62,424 nt of DNA. It comes from a virus (taxonomy: Duplodnaviria > Caudoviricetes). Made by a program: the position numbers and the translations under genes. The stretch is taken from the IMG/VR virus record IMGVR_UViG_3300042397_000683, positions 1 to 62,424 of that record. One strand, written 5' to 3'. The notes beneath the pieces were generated by a model. That model was not told the origin of the DNA and made no database searches. It saw only the letters and a list, made by a program, of their open reading frames with translations. Below are positions 1 through 9,488 of this stretch, piece after piece (the first letter of the stretch is position 1; every line of letters begins with the position of its first letter).

Positions 1-97
1 AGCAAGAAAGAATCCAAATCAGAAAAGAAAAGCGAGTCCAAGAAATCGAACGCTGTGGCGAATCCGATTATATATAGCTCGGACTTTACGGTCGCTC
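1..97. repeat. Terminal direct repeat (copy 1), circular assembly overlap
   Basis: Bases 1-97 are identical to 62328-62424, and an ORF reads in frame through the junction. Confidence 0.97.
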
Positions 98-693
98 CAG
101 CAAGTGATGTCATTTCTATTATCGCAAGCGTAGGACTTAGTCAAAGTTCTCTAATGGGAAACTCTTCGTGGGGTATATCTTCTATGATATGGTCTACGTT
201 CGACCAGTTTGCTTTATCAGGTAGATACACCTTAATGAACTTCTCAGAAGGCAAGATGCAGTCCATCTCTAACTTCGGCGTCACAGGCGTCTATTTAGGG
301 GGCACAACGCTCGGATTTGTTACCGCTGCACATATCCAACCTTTAGGCAAATATGGTGTCTCAGGAGCCAACTATACGCTTAGTGTTGCAGGCGCAGATG
401 CTGGTCTCAACATCAGTAATAACGTAATGCTATTCTATACTATACCAGTTAAGATTAGCAAGAGACTGACAATATCGCCTGACATCTACCTATCAGGTAG
501 CTCAACAGGTTATTTAACGGCACAACAAAAGTTTATTACATCAGATGACATTGGGGTGCTTACAGGCGCATCCTTTGATATAGCGCTTACTAAACGCTTT
601 AAGTTTAATTTTGCGCTAAAGACTGGATTCAATACCAATCCAATTATTCCACAAAGTTATTTGGGTATGATTGGGACAAAGATAAATTTATAG
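1..693 (+). CDS. C-terminal part of a junction-spanning secreted protein (starts at 61749); predicted outer-membrane beta-barrel domain
   Basis: Frame is open from base 1 and continuous with the ORF starting at 61749; alternating amphipathic Gly/aromatic-rich strands; ends YLGMIGTKINL, resembling a terminal beta-strand. Confidence 0.7.
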   Translation, partial: SKKESKSEKKSESKKSNAVANPIIYSSDFTVAPASDVISIIASVGLSQSSLMGNSSWGISSMIWSTFDQFALSGRYTLMNFSEGKMQSISNFGVTGVYLGGTTLGFVTAAHIQPLGKYGVSGANYTLSVAGADAGLNISNNVMLFYTIPVKISKRLTISPDIYLSGSSTGYLTAQQKFITSDDIGVLTGASFDIALTKRFKFNFALKTGFNTNPIIPQSYLGMIGTKINL

Positions 694-721
694 GTATATT
701 TACCCAGCCAAACAATAGGAT

Positions 722-925
722 ATGATTCAATTTATGATTCCATCAGATGCCATCAGCGGAGACGAGATGGAGCATATTAAGTTTCTAGGAATCCAAGACT
801 CTAAAATTAAGTCTCTTTTAGATATATTAGACGGCATTTCTGAGATTCCTGTTGAGTCTAAGTTGGAGCTAGAAACTAATGTATTAGACGCCCTAGGCGA
901 AATTGTTAAAAGATTAAGAAAGTAG
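722..925 (+). CDS. Hypothetical protein
   Basis: 67-aa ORF with a TATATTTA promoter-like element upstream and a hairpin terminator downstream. Confidence 0.6.
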   Translation: MIQFMIPSDAISGDEMEHIKFLGIQDSKIKSLLDILDGISEIPVESKLELETNVLDALGEIVKRLRK

Positions 926-953
926 AATAATTTTTCATATAGGTTGTTTATCT

Positions 954-989
954 AATGCCTTGGTTCTGTGAGCCAGGGCATTGTCTTTT
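954..989 (+). terminator. Intrinsic terminator
   Basis: AATGCCTTGGTTC-TGT-GAGCCAGGGCATT hairpin followed by GTCTTTT. Confidence 0.6.
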
Positions 990-1012
990 ATAGATAAAAT
1001 TTCATAACTTTG
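981..1012 (+). promoter_or_regulatory. Bacteroidota primary-sigma promoter for tail/ejection operon
   Basis: TTG (981) N21 TAACTTTG (1005-1012) matches the -33/-7 consensus. Confidence 0.7.
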
Positions 1013-1035
1013 GATAAATATAACATTGTAGCATA

Positions 1036-1725
1036 ATGCCAATACTTATTAAAGATGCGCACGATTTCGTCCGCTCCATCATAAAAAAGAATAAAGGCGG
1101 ATTTGTCAGCCCAGGAGATATAGATATTGCGATTAATCGTAGCGTGTCTGACTGGATAAGCGGTATTGTATATAAGTATAAGAAATCTAATAAATTCCCT
1201 TTTGACCATTTATTAATTAAGAGAAAATCCTTCTCTGTAACAGCCTCTACGGCCGTTCAGAGCTTATCTACTGCTGATTATGTAGAAGCTTTGACTATTT
1301 ATTTGACTACAGGAGGAAGCACAAAAGAGGGTAGCGTATACAACTGGGATGATTTCCTAGAAATCCAAAACAGTAAAATCTTATTTCCTACAACAGATGA
1401 ACCTGCAGCCACCATTTATGTAGCTGAGGAATCCTCTGTTAATGTGCCAAAGATTCAGTTTGCACCTGTGCCTGCAAGTGGTGTTACTTATGATTATACA
1501 TTAGTGTATATGAGAAAGCCAGCTAAGGCAGTTTTTGCATTTACAACTAGCTCAGGAAACATTACTTATAATCCAACTGGAAGCGTAGATATTGATGTAG
1601 ACGATAGATACTTTACAGATATTTTAACTAGAGCTTTAATGTATTTAGGGATTTCGCTTAAGGATGGAGATGTTGCATCTACAGAGGCAATGAGAGATAG
1701 TAACCAACGCTCTGACCAACAATAA
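1036..1725 (+). CDS. Putative tail ring/tubular (head-tail adaptor) protein
   Basis: N-terminal helical 'GGFVSPGDIDIAINRS', 'LVYMRKP' motif, C-terminal 'EIL/DIL..AL.YLGI'-type helix; position before the muzzle gene as in crAss-like podoviruses. Confidence 0.6.
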   Translation: MPILIKDAHDFVRSIIKKNKGGFVSPGDIDIAINRSVSDWISGIVYKYKKSNKFPFDHLLIKRKSFSVTASTAVQSLSTADYVEALTIYLTTGGSTKEGSVYNWDDFLEIQNSKILFPTTDEPAATIYVAEESSVNVPKIQFAPVPASGVTYDYTLVYMRKPAKAVFAFTTSSGNITYNPTGSVDIDVDDRYFTDILTRALMYLGISLKDGDVASTEAMRDSNQRSDQQ

Positions 1726-1727
1726 TT

Positions 1728-2363
1728 ATGACGACTAAAAACATATTATCTGAGCAGATACAGAGGTTATATGCTCGTTTTATCGATAAAGAGAACTTAT
1801 CAGATGTAATTGATACAAGAGAGATTAATCTTCTTATGAATCAAAGCATCAATAAGGTTCTTAAACTACAGGTAGCTGATTCATTTAAGGCGGGAATGGT
1901 AGATGTCCCTAAGTGCAACTTACTTGAGTATACTTGTGCTGTAACAGCAGATGCAGGAAACAATCGTTCTTACATTACATTGCCTGCAATTCCATTAACA
2001 TTGCCTATGGATATGGGCATTTGGTCTATTGCAGCAGCTACAGGAGCAATGACTCCTTATATCCCTATTCCTTCTCAAGATGTACTTGTATTTCAAGGAG
2101 CTAATCTAAGTTATTTAGAGGGCAAGACGGGATACTATGTTCAAGGTAAAAAAGTTTACTTCACTAAGAATATTACATTAGCAGCTAATGGAACAGTTAC
2201 ATCTGTTGTAGTTAACTTGCTAGTTTCAGACTTTAGCCAAATTGGGGACAATGACGTATTGCCAATTTCTCCAGAAGTAGAGTCTACTATTATAGAGGAT
2301 GTGTTGCAGACAATTAGTAACGGGCGAGTATCTCAAGCGGAGCTTGCTAGTAAACAACAATAA
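1728..2363 (+). CDS. Putative tail ring protein
   Basis: Size, synteny and C-terminal 'DDVLPISPE'-like motif typical of ring proteins. Confidence 0.55.
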   Translation: MTTKNILSEQIQRLYARFIDKENLSDVIDTREINLLMNQSINKVLKLQVADSFKAGMVDVPKCNLLEYTCAVTADAGNNRSYITLPAIPLTLPMDMGIWSIAAATGAMTPYIPIPSQDVLVFQGANLSYLEGKTGYYVQGKKVYFTKNITLAANGTVTSVVVNLLVSDFSQIGDNDVLPISPEVESTIIEDVLQTISNGRVSQAELASKQQ

Positions 2364-2365
2364 TA

Positions 2366-3124
2366 ATGAAGACTAAGAGCTTAGATGTTATCGTAAGAGA
2401 TGTCCTGTTAGATAACGGACTTCCCTTGCATTACTATACTAGATATTTACACCACGGATTGCGATGCCTAGATGAACTCTCTATGGACTTTGATATGGGC
2501 AACGTTAAGACTGTTGTTCTTAGTGTTACTGATTATCGTCGCGCCATTCTTCCTGCTGACTTTGTTGATGTTGTGGCTGTATCTGGAAAGCACGCTGAGA
2601 AACTCCTTCCTTTAGAGCGAGTTCATAACTTAAATAAACTATATAATCGTGATTCGGAAGGTAATAAGATTCCTTATCCTGCAGAGCAATCAGTTAATTA
2701 CGATGCTGAATTTAATTATAACTTAATTAGTGGTGGTGCGACAATGAACTCCAGAGGCGAGTTAATTGGACGCTTCTATGGTCGTCAAAGAAATCCTTTA
2801 ATGACCTACGATATTGACACTATTAATTCGGAACTAGTGTTCAGCAACACAATGGACTTGATTGAGGTTACATTAACTTACATTACTACAGGAGTGTCTC
2901 GCTCTACAGCTAACGTTGTAACGCCATATGCTAATGACGTAATAAGTAAGTACATTGTAATGATGGCAGCAAAAGCCGAGAAGGCAAGATTAGGAGAGTA
3001 TCAATTAGCGCAACAAGATTACCTTAATGCTCGTAGAATTTTCAGAGCTAGAATGAATGCAATGGATTACGCAGAAGTAATTGCACTTATTAGAAACGGT
3101 ATCAACGGCGCACTTAAAAACTAA
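2366..3124 (+). CDS. Putative tail ring/adaptor protein
   Basis: 'ILPADFVD' motif; synteny. Confidence 0.55.
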   Translation: MKTKSLDVIVRDVLLDNGLPLHYYTRYLHHGLRCLDELSMDFDMGNVKTVVLSVTDYRRAILPADFVDVVAVSGKHAEKLLPLERVHNLNKLYNRDSEGNKIPYPAEQSVNYDAEFNYNLISGGATMNSRGELIGRFYGRQRNPLMTYDIDTINSELVFSNTMDLIEVTLTYITTGVSRSTANVVTPYANDVISKYIVMMAAKAEKARLGEYQLAQQDYLNARRIFRARMNAMDYAEVIALIRNGINGALKN

Positions 3125-3132
3125 TTAACATA

Positions 3133-6100
3133 ATGGCTAAAGTATCTTTAAAAGCTACAGGCGGATTAAATAAAGATGTAGACTTGAATTTATTGCCTGA
3201 AGGCGATTATTCAGATGCAACTAATATAATCTTTGATGCAGGTAAAACAGGTGGAGCTGGAGCAATTAAGATGCTTGAGTCTATTACAGCTGCAGGAATC
3301 AACTTTGGTTCTGATACAATTAAAGCTACGCACCAAGCTGCTGACGGACAGGTATACGTATTAACTGTTAACTCTAGTACGGCATACATTTATAGAATAC
3401 CTACAACACTCGATTCTAAGGCTACTATCCTTAGCTATCCACATAGCGTAAGCACAGACTTTGCTCCAGATATTAAGGTATTAGATAATTGCATTATTTG
3501 GAATTATCACGCTACAGGAACTCCGTTATTGTTTTCATTAGACGGATGGACGACTGCTGTCACACCTGCTATTGAGGATTTAAGATTAGCTAAGCGCACC
3601 CCTAATAACGTATTTACGGTTGAGAAAAACCAAAGCACACCTGATGCAGGATTAGAGTTCTTAGAAACTAAAGACTTCCAGTTTGCAGGTAGATATCAAT
3701 ATCGCTCAGGAGAATATTCTGCTTTAGGAGCATACTCTCAGATGTATAAAGGCGCTGAGGGTATTACTAGCTATACATTTACATACTCATTTACAGGAGC
3801 ACCTGTTTACGCAGAGTTCTTTGAACTATACACTAGAATAGGTAACGCAGGCGTTTGGAGAAGAATTGACACCGCTACAATCGGAACTGATACAACATTA
3901 AGTTGGACAGGTCAGATATATGAAAGCTTAGATATAGTTACGACTGGTAAGCCATTTGATTCTGTGCCTGTAAGTGCTAAGCACATTGAAGTTGCAAGAA
4001 ACAGAGTCTTCTTAGCTAACATTGTAGACGACTATGCTGTGTCTAGCGCTAACTTAGACTTTACAATTTCTGAGGTAACAGGAAGTGACTATCAGCCATC
4101 TACAACATCAGGTACTTACGGCACATACCTGACATCTAGCAACTTAGCAGAGGCAGGTATTAGCAGCCGAGAATCTACTTCTACAGCTTACTATAAACCG
4201 TTTGCTAATGATTCGACATACGGCGTTGGATTAGCTTACTACGACGAAGCTATGAAGACTCGTGGTGTGGAGAAATACGTTAAGTTTAAGACAGGAAAGT
4301 TTGCTTATCCTATATTGCCAACAATTAGAGTTGGGTTAAACGCTGGTTGGGCAAAGCCTAGCTGGGCAAAGTTTGCACAACTAGTATATACTAAGAATAT
4401 ATCTAAGTCGTATATCTACGAAGGATTTGCAAGCAATATCTTCTTTGAGCTAACATCTTTTACAACAGATGCTACAACAAAGGCTATTACTGAGATTACA
4501 ACTATCTCTCAATCAGCCACCTCAGACCAACTAAAGAACGTTAAGTTTATGGTCGTAGATTTGATGGGTATGTTTAGAGCAGGTTACATCTACAACTTCT
4601 CAGCTGACGATAGAATTGCTATTAATACCCCTAACGGCTTATTTGACTTTAAGATAGATAGCCAAAGCGATAACTTCTTATACTGTAAGTACGATAAAGG
4701 CACAATGGTTAACTCTATTGTACCTAACACTAAGAACTTATACTTCGAGATTTATACGCCTAAGCAGGTTCCAGAAGATGAATCATTATTGTTCTATGAA
4801 TATGGGAGCTTAATGGACATCTCTTCTTGGGCAGCGTCTACTAATAAAGATATGTCAGGAGGCGGAACGTTAAACACAAGCAAACTTTTAGGGGATATGG
4901 TGTTCTCTAAGATTGAATTACCTGTTTACTCTTCAGCTCCATTTATCTATAACACATCTAAATCTAGTCCAAAGGTATACGCAGAAGATGCTGTTACAGT
5001 TGCAAATACTGCGCTAACAGAAACAATGCAATCGTCTGTGACTGGCGCAGGAACACCTTCGGATGTATTGTTAATACCTATTTACACTTCATTTGGAACA
5101 AACACAGATGAAGCCGTATTTATTGATGCGCTAGGCGGCTCAAGCTCAAGCGGACCTGAGCTAAGAGTATCAGGCTATTATGATGCTGCAGACCAAGAGT
5201 CAACTAATAAATTAACTATTAATTACTTAGTTAAGGCAACGCAGACTTTTCAGTTAAACAATATGCTTCCAACACCTATAGGAAGTATGACTTGGGCTTT
5301 AAAATCACAAGTTTACAGAGTTCCTTACGATAACGCAACTAATGTTTATGGTTCTGCTGTAGCATATGGAACGGAGAATGTAATTGACACAAGAACATTA
5401 ACTTCTAATGCTTCAAGCGAAGTATTAAACATTACGCAAACACAAGAAATACTATTAAGCTCTTATGCTGACATTGCAGCTAATGATAAGTTCTATATTC
5501 AATTAAAGCTTACGTTAACTACATCAGGCGACGTACAAGCTGGCTTAATTAATATAGCAAAGCAAACCTCTGCATCTAACGGAATAGTTTCAACTCTTAA
5601 TGCAGATAGAATTAAACCTGTAGTATCTACCACTTACAATGCTAATTCTATTGTATCAGGTACGACTAGCAAACTTGTTATTCGCGCATCTTCTACAGCA
5701 ACTGCAAGACAGTTTTGGAATACATCGGCAGGTAAGCCTACGGTACTCGTATCTAAGAACCTTAATCCGACAGGGCGTAAGAACACAGTACGCTACGGAG
5801 GTAATTATGTGTCAGGCACTAAGATTAATAACATTAGCTCATTCTTTGCTTTAGATAGCGCAGATGTATCTGTAGACAATGGCGAGATTATGTCATTACA
5901 AAGAGTTTCTCGTTTACAGGGCAGTGGTAATATGCTACTAGCATTATGCAAGAATGAGGCAGCATATCTGCTGTTAGGGGAGCAAGAATTGACTCAAAGT
6001 AATAATCAGAGCATATTATCTATTTCATCTAATGTAATAGGAACCGTTCGCAACCTAGGATTTAACTACGGTCTACAAGAAAAGCAGTCCGTACTTAACT

Positions 6101-6813
6101 ACAAAGGAAACGTTTGGTGGTGGGATAACTACAACAAGAAGATTATTAAATACAATGACCAAGGGATTGATATTGTAAGCGATGTTTATATGCGCTCCCA
6201 TTTCTTAACTAAGTCAGGTAACGCTAAATTTGCGTTTGACCCATTCTATAATATGTGTTTTGTTTCTATTGGAAGCGAGACTACATCTATGGGGTATTCG
6301 GATTCGCTAAAGCGTTGGATATCTCCTTATACATTTAAGCCTGATTATGCTGAAAGCTATGGCGATAAGATGATATTATTCAAGAGTGGGGTTACTTACC
6401 TTTCTTTACAGTCAGGATATAACGCATTCTTAGGCGCTGCTGCTGTCGATTCTACGATTACATTTACACTTAACAGTAGATTACCTATTATGCCACTGAA
6501 CGTGTCTGTATCGCACAATATGAACGTTATGGACTACTCTCAATCTAACGGAGTAAAGGCGTCTTTATTGTCTATTGCTATAACAAATGAGAATGGACAA
6601 ACAAGCGCAATAAACGAAACGAACTTTATAGCAGAGGACAATAGATTGTATGCACATATATTAAGAGATAGCTCGTCTACTGGTGGCCTAATATCAGGTA
6701 ACTACATAATTGGCTATCTAAATAATTTTGTCGTATCTTTAAAGGATAAAACTCAGAATATGAGATTAAACTCCTTAGATATAGAAGTACAAGCAATATC
6801 AGGACACTCATAA
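3133..6813 (+). CDS. Tail muzzle / stabilisation protein (P22 gp10-like, crAss-like)
   Basis: N-terminal 'GGLNKDVDLNLLPEGDYSDATNI', 'ARNRVFLANIVD', 'SGTKINNISSF'; beta-rich, 1226 aa. Confidence 0.7.
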   Translation: MAKVSLKATGGLNKDVDLNLLPEGDYSDATNIIFDAGKTGGAGAIKMLESITAAGINFGSDTIKATHQAADGQVYVLTVNSSTAYIYRIPTTLDSKATILSYPHSVSTDFAPDIKVLDNCIIWNYHATGTPLLFSLDGWTTAVTPAIEDLRLAKRTPNNVFTVEKNQSTPDAGLEFLETKDFQFAGRYQYRSGEYSALGAYSQMYKGAEGITSYTFTYSFTGAPVYAEFFELYTRIGNAGVWRRIDTATIGTDTTLSWTGQIYESLDIVTTGKPFDSVPVSAKHIEVARNRVFLANIVDDYAVSSANLDFTISEVTGSDYQPSTTSGTYGTYLTSSNLAEAGISSRESTSTAYYKPFANDSTYGVGLAYYDEAMKTRGVEKYVKFKTGKFAYPILPTIRVGLNAGWAKPSWAKFAQLVYTKNISKSYIYEGFASNIFFELTSFTTDATTKAITEITTISQSATSDQLKNVKFMVVDLMGMFRAGYIYNFSADDRIAINTPNGLFDFKIDSQSDNFLYCKYDKGTMVNSIVPNTKNLYFEIYTPKQVPEDESLLFYEYGSLMDISSWAASTNKDMSGGGTLNTSKLLGDMVFSKIELPVYSSAPFIYNTSKSSPKVYAEDAVTVANTALTETMQSSVTGAGTPSDVLLIPIYTSFGTNTDEAVFIDALGGSSSSGPELRVSGYYDAADQESTNKLTINYLVKATQTFQLNNMLPTPIGSMTWALKSQVYRVPYDNATNVYGSAVAYGTENVIDTRTLTSNASSEVLNITQTQEILLSSYADIAANDKFYIQLKLTLTTSGDVQAGLINIAKQTSASNGIVSTLNADRIKPVVSTTYNANSIVSGTTSKLVIRASSTATARQFWNTSAGKPTVLVSKNLNPTGRKNTVRYGGNYVSGTKINNISSFFALDSADVSVDNGEIMSLQRVSRLQGSGNMLLALCKNEAAYLLLGEQELTQSNNQSILSISSNVIGTVRNLGFNYGLQEKQSVLNYKGNVWWWDNYNKKIIKYNDQGIDIVSDVYMRSHFLTKSGNAKFAFDPFYNMCFVSIGSETTSMGYSDSLKRWISPYTFKPDYAESYGDKMILFKSGVTYLSLQSGYNAFLGAAAVDSTITFTLNSRLPIMPLNVSVSHNMNVMDYSQSNGVKASLLSIAITNENGQTSAINETNFIAEDNRLYAHILRDSSSTGGLISGNYIIGYLNNFVVSLKDKTQNMRLNSLDIEVQAISGHS

Positions 6814-6825
6814 CAATACAATAAA

Positions 6826-7845
6826 ATGGCAGGATTAGATTCAGTAGTATCAGGACTTAACCCAATAGGCATGGAGCTTAATGTTGCTGGCGGAATTATG
6901 AACGTAATTGGTGCTTTTGGCGCCAAAAAAGAAGCTAAAAAACAGTTAGATGCTCAACGCGTTTACTCGCAACAACAAAGAAGCGCTTTTGATACTGGAT
7001 ACGGAGACTTAATGTCTCAAGCCAAAGGGGCTGCTACATACCAAGGAGATATATCACGTTTTACTAAAGCGGAGCAACAGGCTGAATTAGCTAAGCGTAT
7101 GGCATCAGGAATGTCACGCGGAGCTGGAGAGCAAATCGCTAGAGACCAAGCTGCACAAACATCTGCTAACGCATTAGCTGCAGCAACAAGAGGTGCGGGT
7201 AGCGGAACAGATATTATGACTGCCGCGCTATTATCTCAGCAAGGAGAAAATCAAGCTCAAAATGCTATTAGCCAACGTTCTGCACAAGAGCAAATGTTGG
7301 CACAGAATCAAGCTCAACAAAATCAATTAGCAGCACTTGGTCAAACAGCAGCTGCGGCAATGAGAGAAAGGGGTTTAGAGTTTTCTTCGTTAGCAAATAA
7401 ACAAGCCAATATTATGGGTGTTACCCAGGGAAGACTTGAAGGAGAAATGAACCTTAATCAAAACTTATTCGAAGGAGAGCAAGCTAAAGCAGCTGCATTA
7501 GCAGAAGCAAATAGAGCTCTTTATACTGGTTTTGGAAACATTGCTAGCGGTGTTGGTACTTCTTTAATGAATATGCAAGCACAAGACACTCAGATGTCTA
7601 ACTTGCAAAAACTTTATGGCGGAGGCGGAGTAGGCAATGCATTAAAAACTTGGGGTGGTGGTGGCGGAGGAGCTACGGCTGGCTCTTCGCTACTTGGCTT
7701 AAATTCATTCTTGGCAGGGCCAGGACGTCAAATTGGAGCAGTAATTCCTATGGCTTCGGCATCTTCATATTCAGCACCAAGTCCATTAGCCCCAACGCCG
7801 CAACCATCGTTTAATTTATTCGGTAACTTACCGCAACCTCGTTAA
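6826..7845 (+). CDS. Putative ejection (pilot/cargo) protein
   Basis: Ala/Gln/Gly-rich helical protein directly after the muzzle gene. Confidence 0.6.
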   Translation: MAGLDSVVSGLNPIGMELNVAGGIMNVIGAFGAKKEAKKQLDAQRVYSQQQRSAFDTGYGDLMSQAKGAATYQGDISRFTKAEQQAELAKRMASGMSRGAGEQIARDQAAQTSANALAAATRGAGSGTDIMTAALLSQQGENQAQNAISQRSAQEQMLAQNQAQQNQLAALGQTAAAAMRERGLEFSSLANKQANIMGVTQGRLEGEMNLNQNLFEGEQAKAAALAEANRALYTGFGNIASGVGTSLMNMQAQDTQMSNLQKLYGGGGVGNALKTWGGGGGGATAGSSLLGLNSFLAGPGRQIGAVIPMASASSYSAPSPLAPTPQPSFNLFGNLPQPR

Positions 7846-7847
7846 TT

Positions 7848-9476
7848 ATGGCAGGATTCGTTTATAACCCAGCAGAGAGCATTAGACAAGATTTCCAGCA
7901 AGCTGGGTCTTCTATTAGCAATATATTTGCGCAGGTAATTCAGCAAAAGCAAAGAGATTACTCTCTTGCCGAAAACACCTTTGCAAATATTGAAGCACTA
8001 AAGAAGGACTTAAATATTTATGGCCAAAAGAGCATAACTTCAAAAACAAACGCATTGCTAGGTAACGCTAGTGCGGCAATACTACAAGGAGGCAAGCTCG
8101 ATTATGATAAGCTAGGAGAGATTCGTCAAGCCGTTTCTGATATCAAAGACCTTAAGGCAGGATATGAATTAGGCTCAAAAGAGTACGAAAGAATGCTTCA
8201 AATCGGTTTAGCTAATAAAGATAATCTTGTTAGCTTTGAAAGCTTCTATAAAGATTTATCAGCTAAGATGTCTGACGAAAATCTAATTAAGAATCCTCGT
8301 GACTTGCAGGCCGCTTTAGCTGATACGTATACTAAAAGCTTAGACGCTACCAAAATGTTTAGTAAAGCATTTTTAACAGCAAATCCATATAAGCCTTTTT
8401 CTAAAGACGTTAGAGATAAAAATAATAATCTAGTTCGAGTTCAAGGAGAGTTGCCAGTTGGATGGGATGCGGATGCTGAAGGAAAACTTATTCCTCCTGC
8501 GCCAGTTGTTGTCACTAACCCTGATGGCACAACGTCTACTATTGATTATGCTGACAGAACGGTTTCTCAGCTTAAGGCAACTAATCCAGATGTTCTTTTA
8601 GCAATGCGTCGTCAAGCAGGCTCATTCGGAGCGGATTTAACTGACAAACAATTAGTGCAGTATTATACTACTCAAATACCAATGGTTGCTAAGCCCCAGC
8701 AAGTTAAATCTGCCAATCAAATTACGGCAGAAGAGCAAGCTGTTAAAAAAGGAGAAATAGAATTGCAGTATCTTCCTGAAGATATGAAGCAAAAGCAGAA
8801 ATTGGTAAAATCCCAAATTGCTCAAAATCAAGCGCAAACTTATAGAATCTACAATCCTATAGAGAAATCAGGGGGAGCATCAGGAAACTATGGAGGAGGA
8901 AGAACAGAGAAGAATATAAACAGCTTCTTAAAGATTACAGATAATAGCGGAAAATCAGGAAAGGCTGGCCCAGAATTATCTACAACAATTTCTAAGCCAT
9001 TCGCTATGAACTTAGAGAATTATCTTGTTTATTCGACTGACCCATTAAAGCCTGGTACAAAGAAAAAGGCGCCACTTGGAGACTTTGAAGTAAATGCAGT
9101 AAAGAAGATGCCTGATGGTAGATTTATGGTAAGCGGATTACAAGCTCCAACAAAAGCTCAAACTGACATCTATGCCCCTCTTGGTGCGGAAGTTCCATTA
9201 GCAAATAGAAAGCGAGTAAACATCTACTTAGACCAAAAAGGTTTTGACTCTATGTTAAATAGATTGCACGGACTAGGAAACGAAGACCAAGCTGAAAATC
9301 TTAACACAATTGAGATGATGCAATACTTATCTACTAGAGCAGAGGCTGGTAAAGCGCCAACCAATAAGCAGGTTCCTTTGAGTGCTGTATACGAAGAGTC
9401 TAGTAGAACTGGCAGACCTGTCTTAAGTGTCCTAGGCGAAGTTAGTAATGCAGGGTATAAAATTTTCCAAGATTAA
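7848..9476 (+). CDS. Putative ejection/cargo protein
   Basis: Helical 542-aa protein between the pilot and giant ejection genes. Confidence 0.55.
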   Translation: MAGFVYNPAESIRQDFQQAGSSISNIFAQVIQQKQRDYSLAENTFANIEALKKDLNIYGQKSITSKTNALLGNASAAILQGGKLDYDKLGEIRQAVSDIKDLKAGYELGSKEYERMLQIGLANKDNLVSFESFYKDLSAKMSDENLIKNPRDLQAALADTYTKSLDATKMFSKAFLTANPYKPFSKDVRDKNNNLVRVQGELPVGWDADAEGKLIPPAPVVVTNPDGTTSTIDYADRTVSQLKATNPDVLLAMRRQAGSFGADLTDKQLVQYYTTQIPMVAKPQQVKSANQITAEEQAVKKGEIELQYLPEDMKQKQKLVKSQIAQNQAQTYRIYNPIEKSGGASGNYGGGRTEKNINSFLKITDNSGKSGKAGPELSTTISKPFAMNLENYLVYSTDPLKPGTKKKAPLGDFEVNAVKKMPDGRFMVSGLQAPTKAQTDIYAPLGAEVPLANRKRVNIYLDQKGFDSMLNRLHGLGNEDQAENLNTIEMMQYLSTRAEAGKAPTNKQVPLSAVYEESSRTGRPVLSVLGEVSNAGYKIFQD

Positions 9477-9488
9477 TAAAAATTCATA

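Noticed and set aside
1-97. Biological terminal repeat of the virion DNA
   Set aside because: It falls mid-gene and is simply explained as assembler overlap of a circular contig
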